Source: Thermoplasmatales archaeon
Lineage (GTDB): Archaea; Thermoplasmatota; E2; DHVEG-1
Assembly (NCBI GenBank): GCA_041305025.1
Contig: JBFYMG010000057.1
Span: 1-58,192, forward strand
Length of the DNA stretch: 58,192 nucleotides
Direction: 5' to 3'
The translations under genes were made by a program, and so were the position numbers. This document shows, one piece after another, positions 21,449-30,595 of the stretch. How positions within the stretch are numbered: the first letter of the stretch is position 1; every line of letters starts with the position of its first letter. The notes under the pieces were generated by a model. The model worked only from the letters and a program-made list of their open reading frames with translations, did not search any database and had not been told where the DNA came from.

Positions 21449-21465
21449 TATATAAATAGTTTTCC
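21449..21465 (-). promoter_or_regulatory. Archaeal BRE/TATA promoter for the precursor ORF
   Basis: The minus strand reads GGAAAACTA-TTTATATA, ending 37 nt upstream of the ATG at 21412. Confidence 0.6.
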
Positions 21466-21506
21466 TTACATTTATTACCACATTTATAGACGATTTAGAA
21501 AATTAT

Positions 21507-22520
21507 TCAGATAAACTTTCTATAACTTAGATCTTTTAAAAACATTATTATTTGTATAATGAGAAATACGGTAGGTATTATCGACATTGTTAGAAATGAT
21601 AAAGAAGAATATACGAAAAATGGCCACAACATCGTTGAAATTGGAAGGAAAAAATTTATGTTTTTTTGTCTTAAATCAAAATCTTTTATTTTCTCATGTC
21701 TTAACCATAAAATCATAAGAACTGGAAACACCACTAGAAAGGAAAAAGTAATAATATCTAAATAAAAATTATAAACACATAAAACTAATAACAAAATCCA
21801 TAAGATAATAGCTACATGAATTGTCCAGTTATAGCCAAGTATCACATTAGTGGGTTTTATTCCAAATTCCTCATCTGTTTTAATATCCCGCCAACTGATA
21901 ATTAAAGTATAAGAAATGACGGGGATGCCCATTATCAATCCAAGAGCGAAAATATCCATACTTAGCTTCGCTCCAGTAGTCAACCATCCTAAAACAAAAG
22001 GTAAAGAACCGAAAATTAACATGTTTGAAATCATGTCTATCAGTGGTTTGGTTTTAAATCTAACAGGAGGTGCAGAATACGAAAATGTGATAATAACAAG
22101 AATCAAACCCACAATAAAAAGTGTAAAATCAAAATAATACCATAGAAAATATAAACCAATAAAAGAACAAATAATTGATGATATAAACATTTCTTTATCT
22201 GAAATATATTTGAATACCCACACATTATGTTTTCTTGCAAATATATCAAGTTTTTTATCAAATAAAAAATTAGTAAAGCCACTAATAAATTCAGCCAATA
22301 TTAGAAAAAATATCATTATCAAAGTAGGATAAAACAAAAAATCTTTTATTGCCCACCATTCTCCCAGCAACAAAAATGAAATAGTAATAGGAACTGTTGG
22401 AATGCGGGAGGCAATAAGATAAGCAAGAAATTTTCTTTTTAAATAGTTTAAGCGTGGATTTTTGATATTTTTATCGTCGAATTTTTTTCCCCAATAAAAT
22501 TCTTCGAAATTTTTAACCAT
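21507..22520 (-). CDS. UbiA-family prenyltransferase (copy 1)
   Basis: NFLFDKKLD and DIKTD Asp-rich motifs, YSAPPVRFKTKP, about 9 TM helices. Confidence 0.9.
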   Translation of the reverse strand: MVKNFEEFYWGKKFDDKNIKNPRLNYLKRKFLAYLIASRIPTVPITISFLLLGEWWAIKDFLFYPTLIMIFFLILAEFISGFTNFLFDKKLDIFARKHNVWVFKYISDKEMFISSIICSFIGLYFLWYYFDFTLFIVGLILVIITFSYSAPPVRFKTKPLIDMISNMLIFGSLPFVLGWLTTGAKLSMDIFALGLIMGIPVISYTLIISWRDIKTDEEFGIKPTNVILGYNWTIHVAIILWILLLVLCVYNFYLDIITFSFLVVFPVLMILWLRHEKIKDFDLRQKNINFFLPISTMLWPFFVYSSLSFLTMSIIPTVFLIIQIIMFLKDLSYRKFI

Positions 22521-22597
22521 ATGAATCAGCCGTTTTTTTTTCTTTCATGCAATACTTTTTAAGCTTTTTATACTTACTAAAATATTGAACAGATATT

Positions 22598-23638
22598 ATG
22601 AATAATAGTGCCACAGCAGATTCGTATAGTAATGACATAAACATTGACGGTTTTAAAATAAGAATAGATGATTTTATAGAAGAAAGAATACTTCCGGATT
22701 ATTTCAATTCACCCTTTATTGGACAATGGGAAATTACAAGAGAATGCAACCTTAGATGCATATTTTGTTATAACAATTCCGGAGAAAAACTACCTAATGA
22801 ATTAACACACAAACAAAAAATAAACGTTGCAAAACAGATTGTGGGGGAAAAAATATATCGAATGTGTATAAGCGGAGGAGAACCAATTCTTTGCGAGTCT
22901 TTTTGGGATATCGCTAAAATTTTAAAACAAGGAAAAATCTTCTGCAATACCATAACTAATGGATGGTATGTCAGCGAAGAAAATGCATCTTTATATGCCA
23001 AATATTTTAAAAATATTCAGATCAGTTTAGATGGCAGAAAAAAAGAGACGCACGATAAACTACGGGGTAAAAAAGGTAGTTGGGAAAAAGCCGTTAATGC
23101 CTGTAAACTAATCAAAGATAATGGAGGAAAAATATCAATTGCAACAGTTGTAACTCCAATTAATCTACATGAGATTGAAGAATTAATTGATTTTTCATAT
23201 AGCATGGGTGCAATGGATATAAAACTTGAGGAAGTGATATTTACAGGTAGGGCATCAAACATAACTTATGATATTTCTTTATCTGAAAAACAATCATCTG
23301 AACTAGCAAAAATAATAAAACATAAAAAAAATGAATACAATGAAAAATTGTTTAATGTCGATATCGTACCTAAGACTCAATATAATTATGTTAGGGGTTT
23401 TACAAAAATCCCGCCAGTCTCAATATATATTTCGCCAACTGGCACATGCGCAATCGACCCGGTTCTTCCTTTCTCGGGTGGTTCTTTAAAAGAAAAAAAT
23501 CTAAAGGAAATTTGGAGCAACCTTAAAAAAATTCATAAAAATAAAGATTTCATAAATTATTCACTGAAAGTAAAAACAGGAAAAGATTTTAAAAATATTG
23601 ATAATATCCCTTACTTCAATGGTGAATTACATGATTGA
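22598..23638 (+). CDS. Radical SAM enzyme, PqqE/MftC-like peptide-modifying type, with a degenerate SPASM/twitch tail
   Basis: WEITRECNLRCIFC, ISGGEP, TITNG, QISLDG..HD..RG..GSW; overlaps a PqqD gene. Confidence 0.9.
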   Translation: MNNSATADSYSNDINIDGFKIRIDDFIEERILPDYFNSPFIGQWEITRECNLRCIFCYNNSGEKLPNELTHKQKINVAKQIVGEKIYRMCISGGEPILCESFWDIAKILKQGKIFCNTITNGWYVSEENASLYAKYFKNIQISLDGRKKETHDKLRGKKGSWEKAVNACKLIKDNGGKISIATVVTPINLHEIEELIDFSYSMGAMDIKLEEVIFTGRASNITYDISLSEKQSSELAKIIKHKKNEYNEKLFNVDIVPKTQYNYVRGFTKIPPVSIYISPTGTCAIDPVLPFSGGSLKEKNLKEIWSNLKKIHKNKDFINYSLKVKTGKDFKNIDNIPYFNGELHD

Positions 23639-23924
23639 TAAAAATCTTAAACCAAAACTTGCAAAAGACATAGTATACAAAGAAGAAGGAAAAAAAGGGG
23701 AAACTATAAGCATGGCGAGTTACATAGGTGGCCCAATTAGACTTTTAAACCCTATTGCTAGTAAAACCGTTAAACTCTTAGATGGAAAACATACAATTCA
23801 AGAGATTATAACAGAAATATATGAATCATTTGAGGATACTGATTTAAAAACAGTAGAAAACGATATAATAGAATTTTTATTAGACCTTGAAAAAAAGAAA
23901 ATCATAGAACCATTAAAAAATTAA
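23631..23924 (+). CDS. PqqD-family RiPP recognition element (97 aa)
   Basis: LN..A......LDGKHT..EI...I...F......VE.DI.EFL..L.KKKII pattern. ATG at 23631 after ggtga, overlapping the rSAM stop. Confidence 0.9.
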   Translation: MIDKNLKPKLAKDIVYKEEGKKGETISMASYIGGPIRLLNPIASKTVKLLDGKHTIQEIITEIYESFEDTDLKTVENDIIEFLLDLEKKKIIEPLKN

Positions 23925-23930
23925 AAACAA

Positions 23931-24908
23931 TTACCCTTTAACATATTTTGTAAAGATAATAATGTCATAAATTATAAAAAATATCCAAATCATTAAAAAG
24001 AAAATTGGGAAAATATTTTTTGAAAAAAAACTTAACAAAATTAAGATAGCGCCTGCAAAAAATAAAGTGCTTAAACCCCCGACTATATTTACCAACAATT
24101 TACGATTATTTCTATAAACAAAAGCAAGGATTATAAGAGGAATATAAGCCAAAAGAGAAATTGTCAATAAATCCGTAATTTCAAAAAAATAGATCGCTAT
24201 AAATAAATCGAGTATGTATATGACACTCCCCACTATGAGAGAATTTTTTAAACCTATAATATTGCAAGAAGTTCTTATGCCCAATTCCTTATCCATCTCT
24301 ATATCAGTTGTTGTATAGAAAAAGAAAATATGTGAAATAATTAAAAAAAGAATTAAAAAATAAAAAATAGACTCAAAGGTTAAAGAATTTAGTGTTATCA
24401 TCCATCCCATAAAAAAAGGAATCGACCCGCCTAGTGCATTCATTAAACAATCAAATGGTGGTTTTGTTTTAAGTCTAATTGGGGGAGTAGAATAAAATAT
24501 ACCTATTACAACTATTAAAAATCCCAACAAAAAAACCTCAATGTTTATAAAAAAATATAGCAATAACAGAGGAATAAATGATAAAAAAACGGACATAACC
24601 AGCATTTCTTTTGTAGAAATATATTGAAATACTTTAACAATAGGTTTTCTTGCGAATATATCAATTTTTTTATCAAAGACGATATTTATCATAGAGCCTG
24701 CCGAAAAAATTCCTAAAAGCGCCAATAATACAATCACACTTTCAACAACTGGGAATTTTTGTATAGAATACCATTCACCTAAAAGAAAAAAAACTGATAC
24801 AATAAACCAACAAGATAACCTAAACGAATTAATGTAAGAAATAAATTTATTTTTTAAAAAACGGGATTTTGAGTTTTGCTTTTTCTCAACCATCTGCATC
24901 AAGTCCAT
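23931..24908 (-). CDS. UbiA-family prenyltransferase (copy 2)
   Basis: NIVFDKKID and DIEMD motifs, YSTPPIRLKTKP, multiple TM helices; clear paralog of 21507..22520. Confidence 0.9.
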   Translation of the reverse strand: MDLMQMVEKKQNSKSRFLKNKFISYINSFRLSCWFIVSVFFLLGEWYSIQKFPVVESVIVLLALLGIFSAGSMINIVFDKKIDIFARKPIVKVFQYISTKEMLVMSVFLSFIPLLLLYFFINIEVFLLGFLIVVIGIFYSTPPIRLKTKPPFDCLMNALGGSIPFFMGWMITLNSLTFESIFYFLILFLIISHIFFFYTTTDIEMDKELGIRTSCNIIGLKNSLIVGSVIYILDLFIAIYFFEITDLLTISLLAYIPLIILAFVYRNNRKLLVNIVGGLSTLFFAGAILILLSFFSKNIFPIFFLMIWIFFIIYDIIIFTKYVKG

Positions 24909-25007
24909 TAGTTTTTTACTTAAATAACTTATCTTAAGTTCGAAATTTTGTATAATTCAAAAAGTGTATAAACTTTAATAGTAAGATAGAATATTATATC
25001 GCTAGAG

Positions 25008-26276
25008 ATGAATAAAGACAAAGACGACGAAAAAAATTTATTAAACAAATCTTCTAAAGAAGGACATATAATTGATAATGTACCATTTGTGGGCCAAGAA
25101 AACAGTATTTTTTGTTCATATGCTTGTCAAACAATGATTATAAAATATTATAATCGAAATGTTAACTTAGACGATTTTGTTTTTAACTCAGGAGTAAGTT
25201 ATTCGTTAGGCTATGCTAAAGATTATTTTAATTACTTTCCAACTTGTGGTACTTTTTTATCACAATGGCCACTCGACAGAAATTTTGTCGCTAATCTTTA
25301 TGGTTTAGAATTCGAAACCTGGTTTCCAACTGATTTAAGCAATTCAACATCTGAAATCTGGAATACGTATTGGGAAAAAATAAAATCATATCTCAAAAAT
25401 GATATTCCTGTATCTACATCAGTAGATTTAGTATCTCTACCTGCCTTTAGAGAACTCATCAACAATCAGTTGTGGATAAATGCAAAAAAAATCCCAAATT
25501 TCTCATGGAGCTTAGTTTCAACTGCCCATGAAATAGTAATTGTTGGATTCGATGAAGGAAAAAAATTGATTTACTACAATGATCCTGTTTCATTAAATCT
25601 TGGCAATGTTGATAATGGAATATATGCATCTGCTCCTTTGGATGTTTTTGCAAGATCAGTAGCTAATGCAAAAGTTGGTAATTTTTTTCCCAACTTCATC
25701 ATCAACACATATAAGGAAAAAAAACCTGCTTCATCTGATGAGATTATTTTTAGAAAATCACACGATAGAAATATCCAAAAACTTAGAGGAAATCCTTTAT
25801 TTTATGATGAGAAGTGGCGAAAATATCCTCTTGGCATAAATGCATTAAATGAAATAATTAAAAATTTTGAAAATATGAATAAAGAGAAAAATAAAGAATT
25901 AATATCAACATACAAATTAGATAGTGTTAAAAAAGCTTTTATGAAAAAGATTTCCTCAATTTTTACTAAAAAATCAGGTTCTCAATACCTAATTGATTCA
26001 TTTATAAATATTTATGATATTTTTTCTACTGAAAAAAAACATGCTTATGACTATTTAAAAAATAAATCTATAAATTCAAAAGAGTTACAAAATGAAATAG
26101 ATCTATTTGGTAAAGAAATGGAGAAATGGCAAGAAATTTCAAAATTTTATTCACGTTTTTACAAAGAATTAGTGCTTCCAACAAAAAACAATAAAATTCA
26201 AAAATTTAATGAAAAATTAGTTTCAAATATTTCAGATATAATAGATATCGAAAAAAGAATAGCAGATATTTATTAA
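25008..26276 (+). CDS. C39-like (BtrH_N/C39_2-type) cysteine peptidase
   Basis: NVPFVGQENSIFCSYACQTM (Gln/Cys) and HEIVIVGFD..IYYNDP (His/Asp) papain-like triad pattern; no signal peptide. Confidence 0.8.
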   Translation: MNKDKDDEKNLLNKSSKEGHIIDNVPFVGQENSIFCSYACQTMIIKYYNRNVNLDDFVFNSGVSYSLGYAKDYFNYFPTCGTFLSQWPLDRNFVANLYGLEFETWFPTDLSNSTSEIWNTYWEKIKSYLKNDIPVSTSVDLVSLPAFRELINNQLWINAKKIPNFSWSLVSTAHEIVIVGFDEGKKLIYYNDPVSLNLGNVDNGIYASAPLDVFARSVANAKVGNFFPNFIINTYKEKKPASSDEIIFRKSHDRNIQKLRGNPLFYDEKWRKYPLGINALNEIIKNFENMNKEKNKELISTYKLDSVKKAFMKKISSIFTKKSGSQYLIDSFINIYDIFSTEKKHAYDYLKNKSINSKELQNEIDLFGKEMEKWQEISKFYSRFYKELVLPTKNNKIQKFNEKLVSNISDIIDIEKRIADIY

Positions 26277-26307
26277 AAAATAGTTAACTAGATCAGTAGG
26301 AATAAAC

Positions 26308-27168
26308 ATGGATAATATAAAAATTGATATAAACGGGGTGTCGGAGACGCTTTTTTTTATCTTATATGCAAGAGCTATAGAAAGTCAATCAAAAGACCCA
26401 ATTATACAGGACCAAAAATCTGCTGAAATCGTTAAAATCCTTGATAAATTTCTTTCAGAATCAAATTCAAAAACACTTAAAAAACTTTATAACCGTAGGC
26501 TTTCAAAATATTATGTAATTTTAAAAGCCTTAAGAACAAAAAAATTTGATGATTATGTTAAAGACTTTTTATCAAAAAATCCAAATGGAATCATTGTAAA
26601 CATGGGATGTGGATTGGACACAAGATTTTATCGTATTGACAACGGAAAAGTAGAATGGTATGATATAGATTTACCACAAGTAATAGAGTTAAAAAAATAT
26701 TTCCTAAAAGAAAATGAAAGGTACCATTTCATAAGTTCTTCATTACATGATTTTAATTGGATGGATGTTTTATCAAAACATAAAGACCAATCTTTTATGT
26801 TTCTTGCTGAAGGAGTCTTTCAATACTTTTATGAAAATGAAGTAAAATCACTAATAGTTGAATTGCAAAAAAAATTTCCGGGATGTGAAGTTGCATTTGA
26901 TGTGACAAGCATGTGTATGAAAAGAAAACAAAATAACAGATTATTTAATGCCTATTTTAAATTCATGACAGGTTTAAATCAAGATGTAAATATTAACTTT
27001 GGGATTAAAAAAAGTCAAGAGATTTCATCTTGGAATGATGGCATTGAATTATTAGATGAATGGAGTTTTTTTGATAGGGAAATAGAAAAATTAAAATTTT
27101 TTAAGTTATACAAATTTTTAGAATCTGTAAGAAGAACAGATTGGATTGTTCGCTATAAATTGATTTAG
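26308..27168 (+). CDS. Class I SAM methyltransferase, LCM/TcmP-like
   Basis: GVSETL...YARA.ES, RT..FD, IVNMGCGLDTRFYR, WYDIDLP.VI, FLAEGV. Confidence 0.88.
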   Translation: MDNIKIDINGVSETLFFILYARAIESQSKDPIIQDQKSAEIVKILDKFLSESNSKTLKKLYNRRLSKYYVILKALRTKKFDDYVKDFLSKNPNGIIVNMGCGLDTRFYRIDNGKVEWYDIDLPQVIELKKYFLKENERYHFISSSLHDFNWMDVLSKHKDQSFMFLAEGVFQYFYENEVKSLIVELQKKFPGCEVAFDVTSMCMKRKQNNRLFNAYFKFMTGLNQDVNINFGIKKSQEISSWNDGIELLDEWSFFDREIEKLKFFKLYKFLESVRRTDWIVRYKLI

Positions 27169-27313
27169 TTTTTTAATATCGTTGGTTGTTTTGTCGAAAG
27201 ATTTTTTATTATTTTATTAAAAAAATTATCTTTTCATTTTAAAAAACATAGATTTGATGTTTTAAAAACGTTAATAAATATATTACACATTATAAAGGCG
27301 GAGGCAAATAAGT

Positions 27314-29818
27314 ATGAAAAAAATTTTATCGATTGTTTTAGTAGGAATATTAATTTTGAGTGGAATTCAAGTTGTTGCTATCACAAGCAATACAAATACC
27401 GATGTAAAAGCCGATGCTAAATCTGAGATGATCATAAAGGCATTTTCAACACCAACAATAAAAGACAGTGACAATAGCTACATCGAAGTTAATCTTAAAG
27501 ATGCATCATCTTATTTGATGAGCCCTGGTCAGCCCAAGCTGCCAAAGGTTGTTGAATCTTTTGAATTACCTTTTGGTGCTAAAAATATTAAAGTGGAAGT
27601 GGCACCAGGTACTATTGTTGAACAGAAAATTACAAAAGAAATATGTCCTGCGCCTGCTATGCTTCCATTGATAGCTGATGAAAATACAGTTAGTTTTACC
27701 CAAGAAAAGGATTTAAAAACATACAGCAGCGATGATCCTTATCCCTCCAATTGGTACAGCTATAATGTTAGGTGTGGTTTAAACAAGGACAACGAAAGAG
27801 TAATTAATGTTATAGTTGACATTTATCCAGTAAGATATGTTCCATCCAAAGGAATTATTTACACTACGGAAAGTAGCGACATAAAGATAACTTATGAGGA
27901 AACCGACAGACAAATTTTCAATGGAGTTACAGAATATGATCTTGTAATTATTGCACCCTCTAAGTTTAAAAATCAACTTAAAAGGTTAGTGGATCATAAA
28001 AATAGCGTAGGAATAAGTACCTTTATTAAAACAACCGAAGAAATTTACAAAGAATACTCTGGCCGTGACAAACCAGAGAAAATAAAATATTTTATAAAAG
28101 ATGCAATTGAGAAAAACAATATCATATATGTTCTCCTTGTTGGTGGTTTGAAATCACAGATTTACGCTAAACCAAGAGATGACGCAAATCAGGGTACAAG
28201 AGGATGGTACGTACCGGTACGTTACACCAATCTTTATGACAATCCAAAATTCCCACTCGCCGAAAAATACTATGATCCAGGCATAATAAGCGATTTGTAC
28301 TATGCTGATATATATGATGGAAATGGAAATTTCAGCAGCTGGGATACAAACAATGACGATATATTTGCTGCATGGGGCAAACCAGGTGTGAAAAACGACA
28401 CAGGAATAGATTTACAACCTGATGTGTGCCTAGGTAGACTTGCATGCACAAGTAGAAGAGAAGTAAAAACAGTTGTTGATAAAATAATAAAATACGAAAC
28501 TAGTTCTGTTAGCACAACTGATTGGTTTAATAAAATGACAGTTGTGTCAGGCGATGGATTTATTGATCAACAGGATCTAAATATTAAATGGGACACAACA
28601 GGTTTAATAAACGGATATTACACAATATATGCACAGAGTATAAACGATGAAAATTTGGAAGGCCCTGTTGATACAATATCAATAAGGATAGATAGAAGAC
28701 TTGAAACTAAAATTACTTTTAATCATGATGACAACCTAAATCCTGCACTTAAAAATGGTTATCCTGCACCCCCTATAGCTGAATTGGTTTCCATATCACC
28801 TGACGACATACTAGGCTACAGTGACTATACATATACTCCTAATGAAGGAGAAGCATATGGTAATGATTTCAATCACTGGGCAAACATTAGCTACATAGAT
28901 GGTATCCTAACAATAAGGGGTAAATCATATGATCCGCAGCCCTATGGAAATCTTACAAATATTCATGTGTGGATTAAAAACCAAGATGGCATAGTTATTT
29001 TTTCGGAGTGGAGAAACAACACTGAGATGTATTATGAGGGAGAATGGACAACCGGTGAAAAAGAGTTATCAGGAAGAGGTGGAGCCCTTTACTACATACC
29101 CAGTAGCTTTGAAAGAAACATACTTTGGACTTCAAATGGCAGATTGACAGGACAAAAAGATGTTCTTAAAGCTATAAATGAAGGTTGTGGTTTTCTTTTC
29201 ATGTCAGGTCATGGTAGCCCAAATGTTTGGGCTGATCACTACCCGGGTGTTCCTGGAAACCGCAAATATGGAAGCGTCACTGGTCTGCAGGTTTCAACCG
29301 TCAAACCATGGCGTCCTTTTTATTCAAGACCAGCTTTCCCGATTGATACTCTTTCAAACGATGAAAAACTGCCGATCGCAGTGATTGGTGGTTGTCACAA
29401 CAGCCAGTTTAATGTCTCTTTAATTCCTGCATTATACGATATTCTTCCAACCTATCTTAAGTTCCTACCAAAAATATCTATGTGGACATATGGTAGCGCT
29501 GTTCCAGAATGTTTCAGCTGGCGTCTGATAAGCAACCCACATGGTGGCGCAATAGCGACAATAGGCAATACTGGTCTTGGTTATGGTATGCCAGGCAAGG
29601 ACTTAACCATAGGCGGTGGTGACGGATGGATCACTATAGAGTTCTTCAAACAATACGGAACGGAAAATCAGACAATACTTGGAAAAGCACACACTCAGAC
29701 AATTATAAGTTATATACATAACTTTGATATGAATGATCTTGAAGCAGGTCATCCTAAAACAGTGCAACAATGGGTTTTACTGGGAGATCCCACTTTAAAG
29801 ATAGGCGGGTACAGCTAA
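27314..29818 (+). CDS. Secreted C25 (gingipain-family) cysteine peptidase with propeptide
   Basis: Signal peptide, propeptide (PGQPKLP), YVLLVGG, SDLYYAD, GRL, catalytic SGHG and GGCHN, LLGDPTL. Confidence 0.9.
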   Translation: MKKILSIVLVGILILSGIQVVAITSNTNTDVKADAKSEMIIKAFSTPTIKDSDNSYIEVNLKDASSYLMSPGQPKLPKVVESFELPFGAKNIKVEVAPGTIVEQKITKEICPAPAMLPLIADENTVSFTQEKDLKTYSSDDPYPSNWYSYNVRCGLNKDNERVINVIVDIYPVRYVPSKGIIYTTESSDIKITYEETDRQIFNGVTEYDLVIIAPSKFKNQLKRLVDHKNSVGISTFIKTTEEIYKEYSGRDKPEKIKYFIKDAIEKNNIIYVLLVGGLKSQIYAKPRDDANQGTRGWYVPVRYTNLYDNPKFPLAEKYYDPGIISDLYYADIYDGNGNFSSWDTNNDDIFAAWGKPGVKNDTGIDLQPDVCLGRLACTSRREVKTVVDKIIKYETSSVSTTDWFNKMTVVSGDGFIDQQDLNIKWDTTGLINGYYTIYAQSINDENLEGPVDTISIRIDRRLETKITFNHDDNLNPALKNGYPAPPIAELVSISPDDILGYSDYTYTPNEGEAYGNDFNHWANISYIDGILTIRGKSYDPQPYGNLTNIHVWIKNQDGIVIFSEWRNNTEMYYEGEWTTGEKELSGRGGALYYIPSSFERNILWTSNGRLTGQKDVLKAINEGCGFLFMSGHGSPNVWADHYPGVPGNRKYGSVTGLQVSTVKPWRPFYSRPAFPIDTLSNDEKLPIAVIGGCHNSQFNVSLIPALYDILPTYLKFLPKISMWTYGSAVPECFSWRLISNPHGGAIATIGNTGLGYGMPGKDLTIGGGDGWITIEFFKQYGTENQTILGKAHTQTIISYIHNFDMNDLEAGHPKTVQQWVLLGDPTLKIGGYS

Positions 29819-29911
29819 AACTTTTTTTTCTTCATATAATTTTTTTACAAAAACAATTAATAGGTTAACACATGTTTTACAATTAAATATTGATCAAAGT
29901 GAAAAGAGGCG

Positions 29912-30538
29912 ATTGTTTCGGCAATAGAACAAATTAAAGTTGGTCCAGATAATTTCAGTTACATCATCTACTGTCCAATTAGTAAGAAAGCTGCAGTTGT
30001 TGATCCTGGTCTTGATGCATCTAGCGCACTTAAATTCATATCATCTAAAAACTTGAAGTTAGAATACATCATTATTACCCATTATCATAGTGATCATTCC
30101 TCCGAAAGCCAAAGAATCAAGAATTTGATTCCCTCATCAAAAATTGCTGCTTCTGAACAGGATGGAAAAATGTTGGATGCGAAACCCGAGATAATTGTTT
30201 CAGATGGGAGTCGATTGAAACTTGGAAACATTGATATTGACTTTATATTAACACCTGGACATACTCCCGGCAGCATATGTATAATTGTTGATAACAAAGC
30301 ATTGCTAACTGGCGATACGCTCTTCATTGGAAATTGTGGAAGAACTGATTTGCCCGGTGGCAATCTAGCTCAGATGTATGAGAGTCTGCATGAAAAGATC
30401 ATGTCCCTTCCAAATCATTTGATTATTTATCCTGGACACGACTATGGTGACAAACCATTTGATACGCTTCGAAACCAGAAGATGAAAAATATAACTTTGC
30501 TGGCCAAAAATCTGGATGAATTTTCAAAAATACCTTAA
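29912..30538 (+). CDS. MBL-fold hydrolase (glyoxalase II-like); start codon uncertain
   Basis: THYHSDH, TPGHTPG, TGDTLF..GRTD, YPGHDY. The conserved N-terminus (GPDNFSYII..AAVVDPG) lies upstream of the track's TTG at 30053. Confidence 0.88.
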   Translation: MVSAIEQIKVGPDNFSYIIYCPISKKAAVVDPGLDASSALKFISSKNLKLEYIIITHYHSDHSSESQRIKNLIPSSKIAASEQDGKMLDAKPEIIVSDGSRLKLGNIDIDFILTPGHTPGSICIIVDNKALLTGDTLFIGNCGRTDLPGGNLAQMYESLHEKIMSLPNHLIIYPGHDYGDKPFDTLRNQKMKNITLLAKNLDEFSKIP

Positions 30539-30595
30539 CTTTTTTTATAGTGATAAATTTAGTTAAAAAAGAAAAAGAAGGAGGAGAAAATTGTG

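Larger units (their letters stand above)
20220..27300. other. AT-rich accessory island carrying a putative RiPP biosynthetic cluster
   Basis: Visibly more AT-rich, with long A/T runs, than the flanking gyrA and C25 genes. Boundaries are approximate. No integrase or terminal repeats seen. Confidence 0.7.

Noticed and set aside
21326-26276. Lasso peptide interpretation (YxxP, T-x-G, Gly1/Glu7)
   Set aside because: There is no asparagine-synthetase-like cyclase, and the 4-residue tail after Glu is too short to thread a ring.
20220-27300. Island as an autonomous mobile element
   Set aside because: No integrase, transposase, tRNA target or flanking repeats were seen.
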